A DNA stretch of 64,000 bases from Anaeromyxobacter sp. (GTDB lineage Bacteria; Myxococcota; Myxococcia; Myxococcales; Anaeromyxobacteraceae), in NCBI GenBank assembly GCA_049840735.1, contig JASGJN010000004.1, forward strand, positions 64,001-128,000, in the 5' to 3' direction. Below, piece by piece: positions 45,054-55,671 of the stretch; positions within the stretch are counted from its first letter, which is position 1, and every line of letters starts with the position of its first letter. The notes under the pieces were generated by a model. It was not told the origin of the DNA. It saw only the letters and a program-made list of their open reading frames with translations, and did no database searches. A program made the translations under genes and the position numbers.

Positions 45054-46107
45054 TCACCACCAGGACGTGTCCCCCGACGTGCGCCACGCGCCGGCCGTCC
45101 TGCTCGCGCCACGTCCGCGTCCCTCGTGCGCTTCGCATGGCGCCATCATCGCGCGCCCACCCTCCGGCGCAAGACACCGCGGCGCGAGGGCTCCGCCGCG
45201 CCGCCGGTCGCCGGACGGCGGCACGCGCGCTCCCTCGCCCGCAGCGACTCCCCTCGACTGGCTCACGGGCGCCCGGCCCTGGTCCGGCTCCTCAATCGTG
45301 GTGGCGCCGCTCCAGAAGAAGTTGCCCTCCGGGTCGCGGAACCACTTCGGGTTCCCGTTCACCGGCTCCCCCCCGAGCGTGTATCCGCCGAAGGTGAGGA
45401 CCGTCCCGGCGGCCACGATCCGGGCCACCTCGGCCCGCAGGGACGGCGCGCCCCTCCGGATGTTGAGCCGGGCCCGCGCCACCGCCTGGCCGCCCTCGGC
45501 CACGAACGCGCCGTGGTCCGGCGGCGCCGCAGCGCCGGTGCAGGCCGCGTGCTCCGTCACGACGTCGCGCAGGAGCCCTTCGTAGGTCCGCCGGCTGTCC
45601 GCGAGGCCGGTGACCGGGTCCGAGCGGCGCTTCGGGTCGAGGAAGAAGTGCCCGACGATGGAGGTCGCGGGGTCGAGCGCGAAGCGGTGGCAGAGGTACG
45701 CGAGCACCCAGACGTACCTGCGGTAGGCCTCGTCCGCGTCGAATCCGGCCCCCCCAGCAGTACTCGACGCCGATGGCCGCGTCGTTCGCGTCCGCGCCGA
45801 AGACCTGGTTGTCGGTGGGCACGTCGTAGAGGACGTGCCAGGCCTTCTCGGGCGGGGCCGTCAGGGCGGGCACGCACTCGAGGATCGCCCGGTCGTCCAC
45901 GAACAGGTGGGCCGAGGCGGCCTTCAGGTCGCGCGTCCTCTCGTAGTACGCCACGTTCCCCGCCGCGGTGGAGCCGCGGTTGCCGGTGTCGTGCGCGACC
46001 AGGAACCTCACCCCACGGCCGAGCGCGATCCCCCGGCGGCGCCTCGAGGGCGCGGTGAGGTACGCCGGGGTGATCGCGTAGCGCAGGTCGAAGCCGTTCG
46101 CGGGCAT
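45054..46107 (-). CDS. N-acetylmuramoyl-L-alanine amidase (Amidase_2) with an SH3-like C-terminus (apparent frameshift near 45745; 3' end uncertain)
   Basis: LVAHDTGN, SAHLFVDD, AWHV, IGVEYC, IVGH...RSDP, then LNIRRGAPS. Confidence 0.78.
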
Positions 46108-46111
46108 GGCG

Positions 46112-46515
46112 CTACCCCAGGGGCGGCTGAGAGAATCGGGCTCGTCGGCCGGTGCCGCTGGGCCGGGTGCTGCCGCGAGCGCCGCCCCGCCGGCCGGGCC
46201 GGGCAGGTTCTTGCGGACGAAGCCCTCGATGAAGTCGGCGCCGGCGTAGCCGACGGCGATGAGCAGGACGACGTTCTCGCGCGAGATCGCCTGCAGGTCG
46301 ATCTGCGTCGTCAGCGTCCCCAGCACGCCGGCCACCATGCCGATGAGGAGGCTGGTCAGCAGGGTGCTGGCGCTGAACTCGTCGGAGAGCTTCTTGCCGG
46401 CGTGGAGGGCCGCGTCGTTCACCTTCTTGAGCCCCACCACGATCCGGATTCCCAGGCCCAGCGCGCCGAACAGCGCGCCCAGGAAGAACTGGGTGATCCA
46501 CTCGTTTGCGGTCAT
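46112..46515 (-). CDS. Small multi-TM holin-like protein (in frame with the amidase as assembled)
   Basis: MTANEWITQFFLGALFG...VGYAGADFIEGF with about three hydrophobic segments. An alternative-frame TAG at 46112 lies just before the amidase ATG. Confidence 0.6.
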
Positions 46516-46746
46516 GCTGGGCCCACCCCCGGGGCCGGCGCGCGCGCTGGCGCGGACCGCGGCAGTATACGCGGGCGGTTTGACTCGTCGTGCGCGTCGG
46601 CCGATGGCGCCCACAGGGGGCGTCGATGACCCCCGGACCGGCACACCCGCACGGCGCCGCGCGGCGGCATGAAGTCGGTCGCGCGCCCGGCCGCTTCCCC
46701 TCCTGGGCGCTGAACCCGTGCAGCGCGGGCACCAGATTGGGCTGGT

Positions 46747-47514
46747 ATGCGCGTGGTGGGCGCGGTGCTCCTCGCTGGTGCGGCTGGGTGCTTCCAGTTG
46801 AGCCCGCACGACCTCCCAGAGCTGCAGGATCACAACCTGCGCGCCGTCGAGCGGCTCGCGGCCACGCCCATCGAGGGCCCGCTCCGCTTCGTCCTGATCG
46901 GCGACACGCAGCGCGAGTTCGACGCGGCCGCTGCGTTCGTGGAGGCGGTCAACCGCCGAGGGGACGTCCACTTCGTGGTGGAGCTGGGCGACTTCACCAA
47001 CACCGGGCTCACGTTCGAGTGGGAGGCGATGCGGCGCGTGTTCGATGGGCTGCGCATGCCCTGGCTGGCGGTGATCGGCAACCACGACTTCCTCGCCAAC
47101 GGACGGCTCATCTACGAGCACATGTTCGGGCCTCGCAACCTGGCCTTCACCGTGGCTGGCGTGCGGCTGGTGCTGCTCGACACCAACAGCCGGGAAGCCG
47201 GCTTCCCGCAGGATGTGCCGGATCTGGCCTGGCTCGAGGCGCAGCTGGCGCCGGACGGCGCCCACGACCGTTCGGCCGTCCTGGGGCACGTCGGGCCCAA
47301 CTCGGAGGACCTCCGCGAGGACCTCAAGCCCGGCTACCGCGCGCTCCTCCGCGAGGCGGGCGCCCCGGGGTTCCACGCCCACGGCCACAAGTACGAGGCG
47401 TACGAGCAGGATGGCGCGCGCTTCTACACGGCGGACGCCGTGGGGCACGGCAGCTACCTGCTCGTCACCGCGGGCCCAGGCGGCGGGTTCGAGGTGGAGC
47501 GGGTCTTCTTCTGA
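46747..47514 (+). CDS. Calcineurin-like metallophosphoesterase (probable lipoprotein)
   Basis: IGDTQ, LGDFT, IGNHD, HAHGH. Confidence 0.85.
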   Translation: MRVVGAVLLAGAAGCFQLSPHDLPELQDHNLRAVERLAATPIEGPLRFVLIGDTQREFDAAAAFVEAVNRRGDVHFVVELGDFTNTGLTFEWEAMRRVFDGLRMPWLAVIGNHDFLANGRLIYEHMFGPRNLAFTVAGVRLVLLDTNSREAGFPQDVPDLAWLEAQLAPDGAHDRSAVLGHVGPNSEDLREDLKPGYRALLREAGAPGFHAHGHKYEAYEQDGARFYTADAVGHGSYLLVTAGPGGGFEVERVFF

Positions 47515-48101
47515 TGCGCGCCGCGACCGCTGCAGGCGCGCGCGGCGCGCTCCTCCTGGCGACGCTGCTGGCGCCGTCCGTGGCCGTGGCTGGCTGGGGC
47601 GCGCTGGTGCCGGACCGCGCCAAGCTCCAGGTGGCCGGGCAGCTGGGCCTGGTGGCCCCCGGGGTGGGCTACGCCTTCGCGCGCGACCGGCTCGAGACGG
47701 ATCTGCTGGTGGGCTGGGTCCCGGAGTCGATCGCCGGCCAGGACCTCTACCTGTTCACCGGCAAGCTGACCTGGCTGCCCTGGCGCGTGCACCTGGGGGA
47801 GCGCTGGCTGCTGCGCCCGTTCACGGCCGCCGTGGCGCTGACCTACACCCTGGGCGGCGAGGGCTTCTGGCTCAGGCTCCCCGATCGCTATGAGCGGGGC
47901 TACTACGAGCTGCCCACGGCGCTGCGGGCCACCTTCGGCCTGGGCGCCACCCTCTCCCACCGCTCACGCAGCGGGCGCGAGCTGGGCCTGTACGCCGAGC
48001 TGGTGGCCGGGGAGATCCCGCTCGCCTACTGGATCAGCAACAGCGTCGTCCGCGCAGAAGACGTGTTCAGCCTGGCGCTGGGGCTGCGCTGCTCGCTGTA
48101 G
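47514..48101 (+). CDS. Exported beta-rich hypothetical protein
   Basis: TGATG coupling, signal peptide, amphipathic beta pattern. Confidence 0.6.
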   Translation: MRAATAAGARGALLLATLLAPSVAVAGWGALVPDRAKLQVAGQLGLVAPGVGYAFARDRLETDLLVGWVPESIAGQDLYLFTGKLTWLPWRVHLGERWLLRPFTAAVALTYTLGGEGFWLRLPDRYERGYYELPTALRATFGLGATLSHRSRSGRELGLYAELVAGEIPLAYWISNSVVRAEDVFSLALGLRCSL

Positions 48102-48150
48102 CGGCCGGGCCCGCCCCGCCTGAGCGCGGGCGCTGCCCCTCGCGCTCCCC

Positions 48151-49527
48151 ATGCTCTGGGCCATGGACCTCGACGTCATCGTGATCGGCAGCGGCCAGGC
48201 GGGCGTGCCGCTGGCCACGCGGCTGGCGGCGCACGGGCGGAAGGTGCTGCTGGCGGAGCGGGGCGAGCTGGGCGGCACCTGCGTCAACACCGGCTGCACG
48301 CCCACCAAGACGCTCATCGCCAGCGCCCGCGCGGCCCACGTGGCCCGCACCGCCGGGCGGCTGGGGATCCGGACCGGGCCGGTCGAGGTGGACTTCGCCG
48401 CGGTGGTGGCGCGCAAGGACGAGATGGTCCGGACCTGGCAGCAGGGGGTGGAGCGGCGGCTGGCCTCGGCGGATGGGCTGCGGCTGGTCCGCGGCGCGGC
48501 GCGGCTGGTGGGGGAGCGGACGGTGGAGGTGGCCGGCGAGCGCCACCGGGCCGAGGTGGTGGTGCTCAACGTGGGCGCGCGGCCGGCGGAGCCGGCCATC
48601 GCCGGACTGCAGCACGCGCCGTGGCTCGACAACCGCCGGGTGATGGCGCTGCGCGAGGCGCCGCGGCACCTGGTGGTGATCGGCGGCGGGTACATCGGCT
48701 GCGAGCTGGCGCAGGCCTTCCGCCGGCTGGGCGCGGCGGTGACGGTGATCGAGCCCGGGGCGCACCTGCTCTCGCAGCAGGACCCGGAGGTCTCGGAGGC
48801 GGTGGAGGGGGTCTTCCGGGGGGAGGGGATCGCGCTCCGGCTGGACACGCGGGCCCAGGCCGTGGCCGGGGCCGAGGGGCGCGTGAGGGTCACGCTCTCC
48901 GGCGGCGACGCCGTGGAGGGCAGCCACCTGCTGGTGGCCACCGGCCGGCAGCCCAACACCGGCGACCTGGGCTGCGAGGCGGCCGGGGTCCGGCTGGACG
49001 GGCGCGGGTACGTGGAGGTGGACGACCACTACCGCACCAGCGCCGCGGGCGTGTTCGCGGTGGGCGACTGCGCCGGAGGCCCGCAGTTCACCCACGCGGC
49101 CTGGGACGATCACCGGCTGCTGCTGGAGGTGCTGGAGGGACGGCCGGGGCGCGGGCGCAAGGACCGGCTCATCCCCTTCACCGTCTTCACCGACCCGCAG
49201 GTCGCCGGGGTGGGGCTCACCGAGCGGGCGGCGCGCGCGCAGGGCGTGGCCTTCGAGGCGGCCACCGTGCCCTTCGCCCGCGTGGCCCGGGCGGTGGAGA
49301 CCGGGGAGACGGCCGGCCTGCTGAAGATCCTGGTGGCGCCGGACGACCGGCTGGTGGGCGCGACCATCGTCGGCGCCGAGGCGGGCGAGCTGATCCACGT
49401 CTTCGCCGCGCTGATGCAGGCGGGCGCCCCGGTGCGCACGCTGGTGGAGCTGGAGGCGGTGCACCCGGCCTTCGCGGAGGGGCTGCAGGCGGTGGTGATG
49501 GCGCTGCCGCGCCACGCGCTGCGGTGA
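48151..49527 (+). CDS. Pyridine nucleotide-disulfide oxidoreductase (MerA/RclA-like)
   Basis: GSGQAG, GGTCVNTGCTPTK, GGGYIG. No C-terminal Cys pair. Confidence 0.88.
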   Translation: MLWAMDLDVIVIGSGQAGVPLATRLAAHGRKVLLAERGELGGTCVNTGCTPTKTLIASARAAHVARTAGRLGIRTGPVEVDFAAVVARKDEMVRTWQQGVERRLASADGLRLVRGAARLVGERTVEVAGERHRAEVVVLNVGARPAEPAIAGLQHAPWLDNRRVMALREAPRHLVVIGGGYIGCELAQAFRRLGAAVTVIEPGAHLLSQQDPEVSEAVEGVFRGEGIALRLDTRAQAVAGAEGRVRVTLSGGDAVEGSHLLVATGRQPNTGDLGCEAAGVRLDGRGYVEVDDHYRTSAAGVFAVGDCAGGPQFTHAAWDDHRLLLEVLEGRPGRGRKDRLIPFTVFTDPQVAGVGLTERAARAQGVAFEAATVPFARVARAVETGETAGLLKILVAPDDRLVGATIVGAEAGELIHVFAALMQAGAPVRTLVELEAVHPAFAEGLQAVVMALPRHALR

Positions 49528-49649
49528 GGCTGCTGCAAGGGGCGTTGCCTCGAGGGTGACGATGCCCTGGACGAGACCTCCGGACGGGGCGGTCGCCCCC
49601 TCCAGGCTGCAGCCGCTCCCCGACCTGCCAAGATGCACGCCTCGCCTGC

Positions 49650-50288
49650 ATGACGTCCGGAGAGGACCAGAAGCGCGGCACGGCCGCCGACGACGCCGCG
49701 CTGGTCGCGCGCATGCGCCGCGGCGATCGGGCGGCCTTCTCCGCCATGGTCGCGCGCCACGCGGGCTCGCTGCTGCGCGTGGCGCGCAGCCTGGTGCGCG
49801 ACGGCGCGACGGCGGAGGAGCTGGTGCAGGAGACGTGGCTGGCGCTCCTCACCGGCCTGGACGGCTTCGAGGGGCGGGCGTCGCTGCGGACCTGGCTCTT
49901 CCGCGTGCTGGTCAACAAGGCCCGCTCACGCCTGGTGAAGGACGGCCGGACGGTGCCCTTCTCGGCGCTGGCGGAGGACGGCGGCCCGGACCCCGACGCC
50001 GGGCGCTTCGACGCCGGCGGGGGCTGGCTGGAGGCCCCTGGCGCCGGCGCCCCCGATCCGGAGCGGCTCCTCCTGGGCGCCGAGGCGCGGGGCCTCATCG
50101 AGGCGGCGCTGCGCGAGCTGCCCGAGGCGCAGCGCGCGGTGGTGACGCTGCGCGACATCGAGGGGCTCGAGGCGGACGAGATCTGTAATCTCCTGGGCCT
50201 CACCCTGACCAATCAGCGGGTGCTCCTGCACCGGGGCCGGGCCCGGGTGCGCGAGGCGCTGGAGCGGAGGCTGGGCGGAGCGCGATGA
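49650..50288 (+). CDS. ECF sigma factor
   Basis: AEELVQETW, LRTWLFRVLVN, NQRVLLHRGR. Confidence 0.9.
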   Translation: MTSGEDQKRGTAADDAALVARMRRGDRAAFSAMVARHAGSLLRVARSLVRDGATAEELVQETWLALLTGLDGFEGRASLRTWLFRVLVNKARSRLVKDGRTVPFSALAEDGGPDPDAGRFDAGGGWLEAPGAGAPDPERLLLGAEARGLIEAALRELPEAQRAVVTLRDIEGLEADEICNLLGLTLTNQRVLLHRGRARVREALERRLGGAR

Positions 50289-51085
50289 CGCGGACCTGCA
50301 AGGAGATCGCGGCGCAGGCGTCGGATCGCCTGGAGGGCCGGCTCGGCCTCCTGGCCCGGCTCGGCTTCGCCCGCCACCTGGCGGGCTGCGCCGGCTGCCG
50401 GGCCTACCTGGCGCAGCTCGAGGCCACCCGCCAGGCGCTGCGCCAGCTCCCGGCGCCCGAGCTACCCGCCTCGCTGGCCTCCGCCCTGGAGGCGCAGTTC
50501 CTGGCGCACGCCGGGGGCGCGCCGGCGCAGGCTTCGGCTGGCGCGGAGGAGGACGGGCAGGCGAGCCCGGCCTCGCCGTTCGCGCCCTGGCCGCTCCTGG
50601 GGACCGCGGCGGCGCTCGCGGCGGTGGTCCTCTCCGGGCGACCGTCGCTGGCCGGCCCGGACCTGCTGGTCTGCCTCTGGCTGGGCGGGGCCGCGGTGGC
50701 CGTGGCCGCTGCGGCCCGCCGGTTCGGCCCCTGGCACGCCCTGGGCGGCCTGGCGGCCTCGCTCGCCGCGGCGCTGGCGGCGGGCGGGTCGGGCGCGCTG
50801 GTGGCGGAGGAGGGCGTGCAGTGCTTCGGGGTGGAGCTTGCCGGCGCGGCCGCGGTGGCGGCGCTGGGCTGGGCCGGGGCGCGGCGGCGCGGTCCCGCCG
50901 CGATCCGGCGCGAGGCGGCGGCGAGCGGCGTGGCCGGGGCCCTGGCGGCCAGCGCAGGGCTGCAGCTCACCTGCGGCGCCCACCTGGCGCTGGTGCACCT
51001 GGTGCTCTTCCACGTCCTGGGCGTGGCCGCAGCGGCGTTGGCCGCGGCCTGGGCGGTGCGGGGCGCGCGGCCGGCGCCGGGGTGA
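50285..51085 (+). CDS. zf-HC2 membrane anti-sigma factor
   Basis: ATGA overlap, HLAGCAGC, multiple TMs. Confidence 0.8.
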   Translation: MTRTCKEIAAQASDRLEGRLGLLARLGFARHLAGCAGCRAYLAQLEATRQALRQLPAPELPASLASALEAQFLAHAGGAPAQASAGAEEDGQASPASPFAPWPLLGTAAALAAVVLSGRPSLAGPDLLVCLWLGGAAVAVAAAARRFGPWHALGGLAASLAAALAAGGSGALVAEEGVQCFGVELAGAAAVAALGWAGARRRGPAAIRREAAASGVAGALAASAGLQLTCGAHLALVHLVLFHVLGVAAAALAAAWAVRGARPAPG

Positions 51086-51390
51086 GCAGCGCGCTGCGGC
51101 TTGGACTCCCGCGCCCCGATGCTGAGCGGCAGCCGGCCGGGCAGGCATATGACTGGCCGGTGGCCGGGTGGCGCTGGCGGGCCTGCTGCCGCCGGTGGAC
51201 CCGCGGCGCACCGCCCCCGGCCCGCCAGGCGCGCTGCCCCCTCCTCACGCTGCGTGCAACCGCGGGTCCGTGGGAAAGCGCCGCGGGAGCCGCTAGCTTT
51301 CGGGTGCCCGCGCGCGGAGTCGCCGGCTCGAGCGTTCCCCCCCCCCAGCTCGATCCGCGGCCGCGCGCGGGCACCTCGCAACGGCGCGGC

Positions 51391-52737
51391 TCAGCCTGGC
51401 GCGCGCGGCAGCTCCAGCTCGAACGACACGCTCCAGGCCGGCCGCTCCACCAGCGCCACCGTGCCGCCGTGCGCCGCCGCCACCAGCGCGCAGAGGTGGA
51501 GGCCCAGGCCGGCGTGGTGCCACGCGGAGAGGGCGGAGGTGGAGCCCTCCTCGAACAGGCGCGGCCGGAGCTCCGGCGGCACGGGCGGGCCGCTGTTCCG
51601 GACCGCCAGCCGCACCGCGGCGCCGGCGGGCTCGGCCGCCAGCTCCACGCGGTCCCCGGGCCGCACGTGGCCGGCGGCGTTGACGAGCAGGTTCTCCAGC
51701 ACGCGCCGGACCAGGGCCGGGTCGGCCCACGCCTGACCCGCGCCGTCGGCCCGCACCTCCAGCGCCGCGCCGGCCCGGCCGATCACCGGCCGGAGCGCCC
51801 TGGCCACCTCGTCCAGCAGCGCCGCCAGCGAGACGCCGGCCCTGGCCGGGCGGAGCCCCTCCTCCAGCCTCGAGACCAGCAGGAGGTCTCCGGCCAGGCC
51901 CGACAGCCGCTCCACCTCGCCCGTGGCGATGGCCAGCGCCTCCGCCCGCGCGGCCGGCGGCGCGGTGGTGCGCTGGGCCAGCTCCAGGCTGGCCATCACC
52001 GAGGCCAGCGGGTTGCGCAGGTCATGCACGATGAGCCTGGTCAGCCGCTCCGCCTCGGCCCGGGCGGCCTCCAGCTGCGCCTTGGCCACCCGCAGCGCCT
52101 CGGCGTCCTGCCGCGCCAGCGCGCCGGCCCGCGCCTCGGCCGCGGCCCGCACCGCCAGCGTGACCATGCGGATGCCGGCCCCGCTCACCGAGTAGCCGAA
52201 GACGCCCAGGAGCATGGCCATCGCCACGGCGGTGGGCGGGTGCAGCCCGGAGACCCAGAGCAGCGCGCAGTGCCAGGCGATCGCAGCCGCCGCGAGCCAG
52301 GTCAGCGCCCGGCGGGGCAGCGTGAGGGAGCCCCAGAGCAGGAGCAGCTGCGCCGTCATCATGAAGATGGCGGCGGCGATGGGCCCGCCGGCGGGGCGCT
52401 CCACCGCCAGCCAGGACGCGAGCCCCACCGAGAAGAAGTCGAACGCCGCGCCGACGAGGATGACGCGCTCCGACGGGCGGCGGTGCAGCTGGGCCAGCAC
52501 GGCCAGCGCGACCGCCAGCGCGACGACGTTGACCACCACGCCGGTGGAGGCGGAGACCGGGCCGCCATCGTCGCCCCGTAGCCGGGCCGTCGCCCAGATG
52601 ATGAGCAGCAGCGCCCGCGCCACCACCCGCAGCCAGGCGACGAGCCGGGCGTTGGAGGCTCGCACGTCGGACAGGGCCCGCCGGATGTAGTCGGCCTCCG
52701 CGGCGGTGGGCGGCGTGGGGACGCGCTGCAGCGGCAT
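51391..52737 (-). CDS. Membrane sensor histidine kinase
   Basis: Several TMs, VHDLRNPL, NLLVNA, GLGL. Confidence 0.85.
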   Translation of the reverse strand: MPLQRVPTPPTAAEADYIRRALSDVRASNARLVAWLRVVARALLLIIWATARLRGDDGGPVSASTGVVVNVVALAVALAVLAQLHRRPSERVILVGAAFDFFSVGLASWLAVERPAGGPIAAAIFMMTAQLLLLWGSLTLPRRALTWLAAAAIAWHCALLWVSGLHPPTAVAMAMLLGVFGYSVSGAGIRMVTLAVRAAAEARAGALARQDAEALRVAKAQLEAARAEAERLTRLIVHDLRNPLASVMASLELAQRTTAPPAARAEALAIATGEVERLSGLAGDLLLVSRLEEGLRPARAGVSLAALLDEVARALRPVIGRAGAALEVRADGAGQAWADPALVRRVLENLLVNAAGHVRPGDRVELAAEPAGAAVRLAVRNSGPPVPPELRPRLFEEGSTSALSAWHHAGLGLHLCALVAAAHGGTVALVERPAWSVSFELELPRAPG

Positions 52738-52806
52738 CTCGACACTCTACCCGAACTGGGCCGAGCGCCCGCTCGCTTGACGGCCGGCAGGCGCTTGCCG
52801 CACCTT

Positions 52807-53445
52807 GTGTCCGTGCCCTCCCCTTCCGCCACGGGCGCCCGCCTCGGCCTGGTGGACGACGACCGGAGCTTCCGGCGCGCCACCGTGCTCTGCCTCGAGG
52901 ACGCCGGCTACCGGGTGGACGAGTACGACTCCGCGTCCGACTTCCTGCGCCGGCGGTCGGCGGTGCCGCACGACGCGCTGATCCTCGACGTGGACCTGCC
53001 CGGGCTGACCGGGCTGGAGCTGCAGGCCATCCTCTCCGGCGCCCCCGACGCGCCGCCGGTCATCTTCGTGAGCGGCCGCTCCGACGTCGTGCAGGGCGTC
53101 CAGGCCATGCGGCAGGGGGCGGTGGACTTCCTGGTGAAGCCCTACCGCCAGGAGCGGCTGCTGGAGGCGCTGGCCCGGGCCCTGGCGCACGGCGCCCGCG
53201 CCCGCGCCCGCGCGCTGGAGCGGCAGCAGCTCGAGGCACGGCTGGGGGGCCTCTCCGAGCGCGAGCGCCGGGTCGCGGAGCTGGTGGTGGAGGGGCGCCT
53301 CAACAAGCAGATCGCCGACGCGCTGGGCACCAGCGAGAACACCATCAAGGTCCACCGGGCGCGGGCCATGGAGAAGCTCGAGGTGCGCTCGGTGCCGGAG
53401 CTGGTGAGGCTGCTCGACCGGGTGCGCGCGCTCCAGAACGTCTGA
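52807..53445 (+). CDS. FixJ-family response regulator
   Basis: LVDDD, DVDLPGLTG, NKQIA...TIKVHR. Confidence 0.88.
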   Translation: MSVPSPSATGARLGLVDDDRSFRRATVLCLEDAGYRVDEYDSASDFLRRRSAVPHDALILDVDLPGLTGLELQAILSGAPDAPPVIFVSGRSDVVQGVQAMRQGAVDFLVKPYRQERLLEALARALAHGARARARALERQQLEARLGGLSERERRVAELVVEGRLNKQIADALGTSENTIKVHRARAMEKLEVRSVPELVRLLDRVRALQNV

Positions 53446-53583
53446 TGGCCCAGCCGCCCTGCCGGGGTCACGGTCGCCCCAGACCTTCGGTAACGCGAGC
53501 CAAACGTTCGCCAGCGCTAATGGAAGGACCGAGGTGGTCGCGGGTGCTCTGACTGGGGACATCGCGCGACCCTCGGGGGTGGC

Positions 53584-54243
53584 ATGGCGCCACAAGCGCA
53601 GGTGCTGGTGGTGGACGACGACGCGGCCGTGCGGACCGGGCTCGTCCGGACCCTGCGCTCGGCGGGCATCGCGGCCGAGGCCTTCGATCGCGGCCCGGCG
53701 CTGCTGGCGCGCCTCGAGGCGATCGCCGACGCCTGCTGCGTCGTGAGCGACCTGCGCATGCCCGGCATGGACGGGCTGGCGCTGCAGGAGGCGCTGGCGG
53801 GCCGCCCGGTGGGGCTGGTGTTCGTGACCGGCCACGCCGACGTGCCGTCGGCGGTGCGCGCCATGAAGCGCGGGGCCCAGGACCTGCTGCAGAAGCCCGT
53901 CTCCGCCGACCGGCTCCTCGAGGCCGTGTCCGCCGCGCTGGGCCACGCGCGCCGGGCCGAGGCCGAGCGGCAGCGCACCGGCGCGCTCCAGGCGCGCTAC
54001 GCCACCCTGACCCCGCGCGAGCGGCAGGTCTTCGCGCTCGTCACCTCCGGCCTGCTCAACAAGCAGGTGGGCTACGCGCTGGGCACCTCCGAGAAGACGG
54101 TCAAGGTGCAGCGCGGCCGCGTCTTCGAGAAGATGGGCGCCAGCTCGCTGGCCGAGCTGGTGCGCATGGCCGACCGGCTCGGGCTGGGCCGGGCCGGGGA
54201 CGGCGCGCGCGCCGAGGACGGTGCGCAGCCGCAGGCCACCTAG
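53584..54243 (+). CDS. FixJ-family response regulator
   Basis: [19 protein letters not shown]...NKQVG. Confidence 0.9.
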   Translation: MAPQAQVLVVDDDAAVRTGLVRTLRSAGIAAEAFDRGPALLARLEAIADACCVVSDLRMPGMDGLALQEALAGRPVGLVFVTGHADVPSAVRAMKRGAQDLLQKPVSADRLLEAVSAALGHARRAEAERQRTGALQARYATLTPRERQVFALVTSGLLNKQVGYALGTSEKTVKVQRGRVFEKMGASSLAELVRMADRLGLGRAGDGARAEDGAQPQAT

Positions 54244-54273
54244 GCGACCCGGCTTGCGGCCGGCGCCGGCCCC

Positions 54274-55578
54274 GTGTCACCTTCGCGGCCCGCCGTGTCG
54301 CGCGCCGCCCTCCTCCCGCTGCTGCTCCTCGCGCTGCCGGTCCCGGCCTGGGCCGGCGACGGGGGCTGCCGCGAGCTGCAGGCCTTCCGCGCCGGCCGGT
54401 CGGCCGCGCCGCTGCCGCCGGCCCTGCGGGCCGGGTTCGATCGCCCGCGCTTCCTGGGCTGCCTGGCGCGGATGGAGCAGGAGGTGCGGACCCTGCAGCG
54501 CGCCGACGTGGCGGTGCTGGAGCGGGCGCTGGCGGCGCGCGGGATCACCGGCGTGGAGGTCTCCGAGCTGGACCGGCTGCTGCTCGATCCGGACGACGGC
54601 GTGGGGCGGGTGCGCGCGCGGCTCGCCCAGGCGCGGCTCCCGCAGGCCGACTACTACCGGCGCTATACGCTGGACGGCCCGCTCCTGCAGCTGCAGGTCG
54701 CCTGGACCGGCGGCGCGCCCGACGCCCGCGGCGGCCACCGCGTGCACGATCACGGCGTGGCGGAGGAGCTGCGGGCCGAGCCGGACGGCCGCGCGGTGCT
54801 GGCGCGGCTCCTCGGGGCGGCGCGCGAGGCGGGCCGGCCCCGCAACGCCGACCTGGCCATCTCCAGCGCGCCCGGCCGCCCGGCGCTCACGCCGGCGGTG
54901 GCCAAGCTGATCCTCTTCGAGCTCCTGCGCGAGCGCCTCCGCCCCGCCGACCTGCGCCGCGTCGCCGACCAGCTCCGGCTCAAGTTCGACGCCGGCTCGC
55001 CCTGGTCGGCGCGGGTGGGCGACCTCGACTTCGTCTCGGTGCACGCCGGCTACTTCCGCGGCGCCGGCCCCGAGCACGCCCCGCGCGCCTCGGGCGCTCC
55101 GGCCTCCAGCGGCCTGGACTGCACGTCGGTGATCCAGGCCTGCCTGGCCGAGGCCGGCGTGGGCTTCCCGCCCGGCTACCGGCTGCTCTCCGAGGTGCTG
55201 GCCCGCCTGGACGCGCCGGACGCCGAGGCCCGGGTGGCCCGGCCCGAGGCGGTGGCGCCGGCGCGCGAGCGGCTGGCGGCCGCGCCGCTGGAGCGCGAGG
55301 ACCAGCTCTGGCCGGGCGACGTGGTGGCCATGCCCGGCCACGCCTTCGTCCTGGCCGGCTGGGAGCGCGACGCCGCCGGGCGCTGGGTGGCGGTCACCTA
55401 CGAGGCGGTGGGCGGCGAGCACCGCGCCTTCGCCCGCTTCATCCGCGAGCTGGAGCCGGCCGGCGCCGGGCGCTGCGCGCCGCTCCGGTTCCGGGTGGGC
55501 GAGCGGCTGGTGCAGGGGACGCTGGTGCGCCCGCGGCCCTCGCCCGCCTCGCCGGCGGCCCGGTCCAGCGACCGCTGA
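54274..55578 (+). CDS. Secreted protein with an NlpC/P60-like C-terminal domain
   Basis: Signal peptide, GLDCTSVI and PGDVVAMPGHA. Confidence 0.55.
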   Translation: MSPSRPAVSRAALLPLLLLALPVPAWAGDGGCRELQAFRAGRSAAPLPPALRAGFDRPRFLGCLARMEQEVRTLQRADVAVLERALAARGITGVEVSELDRLLLDPDDGVGRVRARLAQARLPQADYYRRYTLDGPLLQLQVAWTGGAPDARGGHRVHDHGVAEELRAEPDGRAVLARLLGAAREAGRPRNADLAISSAPGRPALTPAVAKLILFELLRERLRPADLRRVADQLRLKFDAGSPWSARVGDLDFVSVHAGYFRGAGPEHAPRASGAPASSGLDCTSVIQACLAEAGVGFPPGYRLLSEVLARLDAPDAEARVARPEAVAPARERLAAAPLEREDQLWPGDVVAMPGHAFVLAGWERDAAGRWVAVTYEAVGGEHRAFARFIRELEPAGAGRCAPLRFRVGERLVQGTLVRPRPSPASPAARSSDR

Positions 55579-55671
55579 GAGCTGACCCAGATCAGCCGCG
55601 CCTCACCAGGGACCACGACGCCCCGTGCGCGGGGGCAGAGACTTGGAGCCGGACCGGACCGGAGGCGAACC

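Noticed and set aside
44915..45138. Small minus-strand gene starting MRSARGTRTW
   Set aside because: Plausible, but the frame and end are ambiguous and no motif is recognisable.
48151..49527. merA mercury resistance
   Set aside because: It lacks the C-terminal Cys pair and the NmerA domain, and no mer genes are nearby.
53446..53583. ncRNA or operator between the two FixJ-type genes
   Set aside because: Slightly AT-richer with weak GACC..GGT motifs, but no convincing repeat or structure.
55579..55671. Fluoride riboswitch or crcB beside the DUF190 gene
   Set aside because: No crcB gene or recognisable riboswitch consensus is visible.
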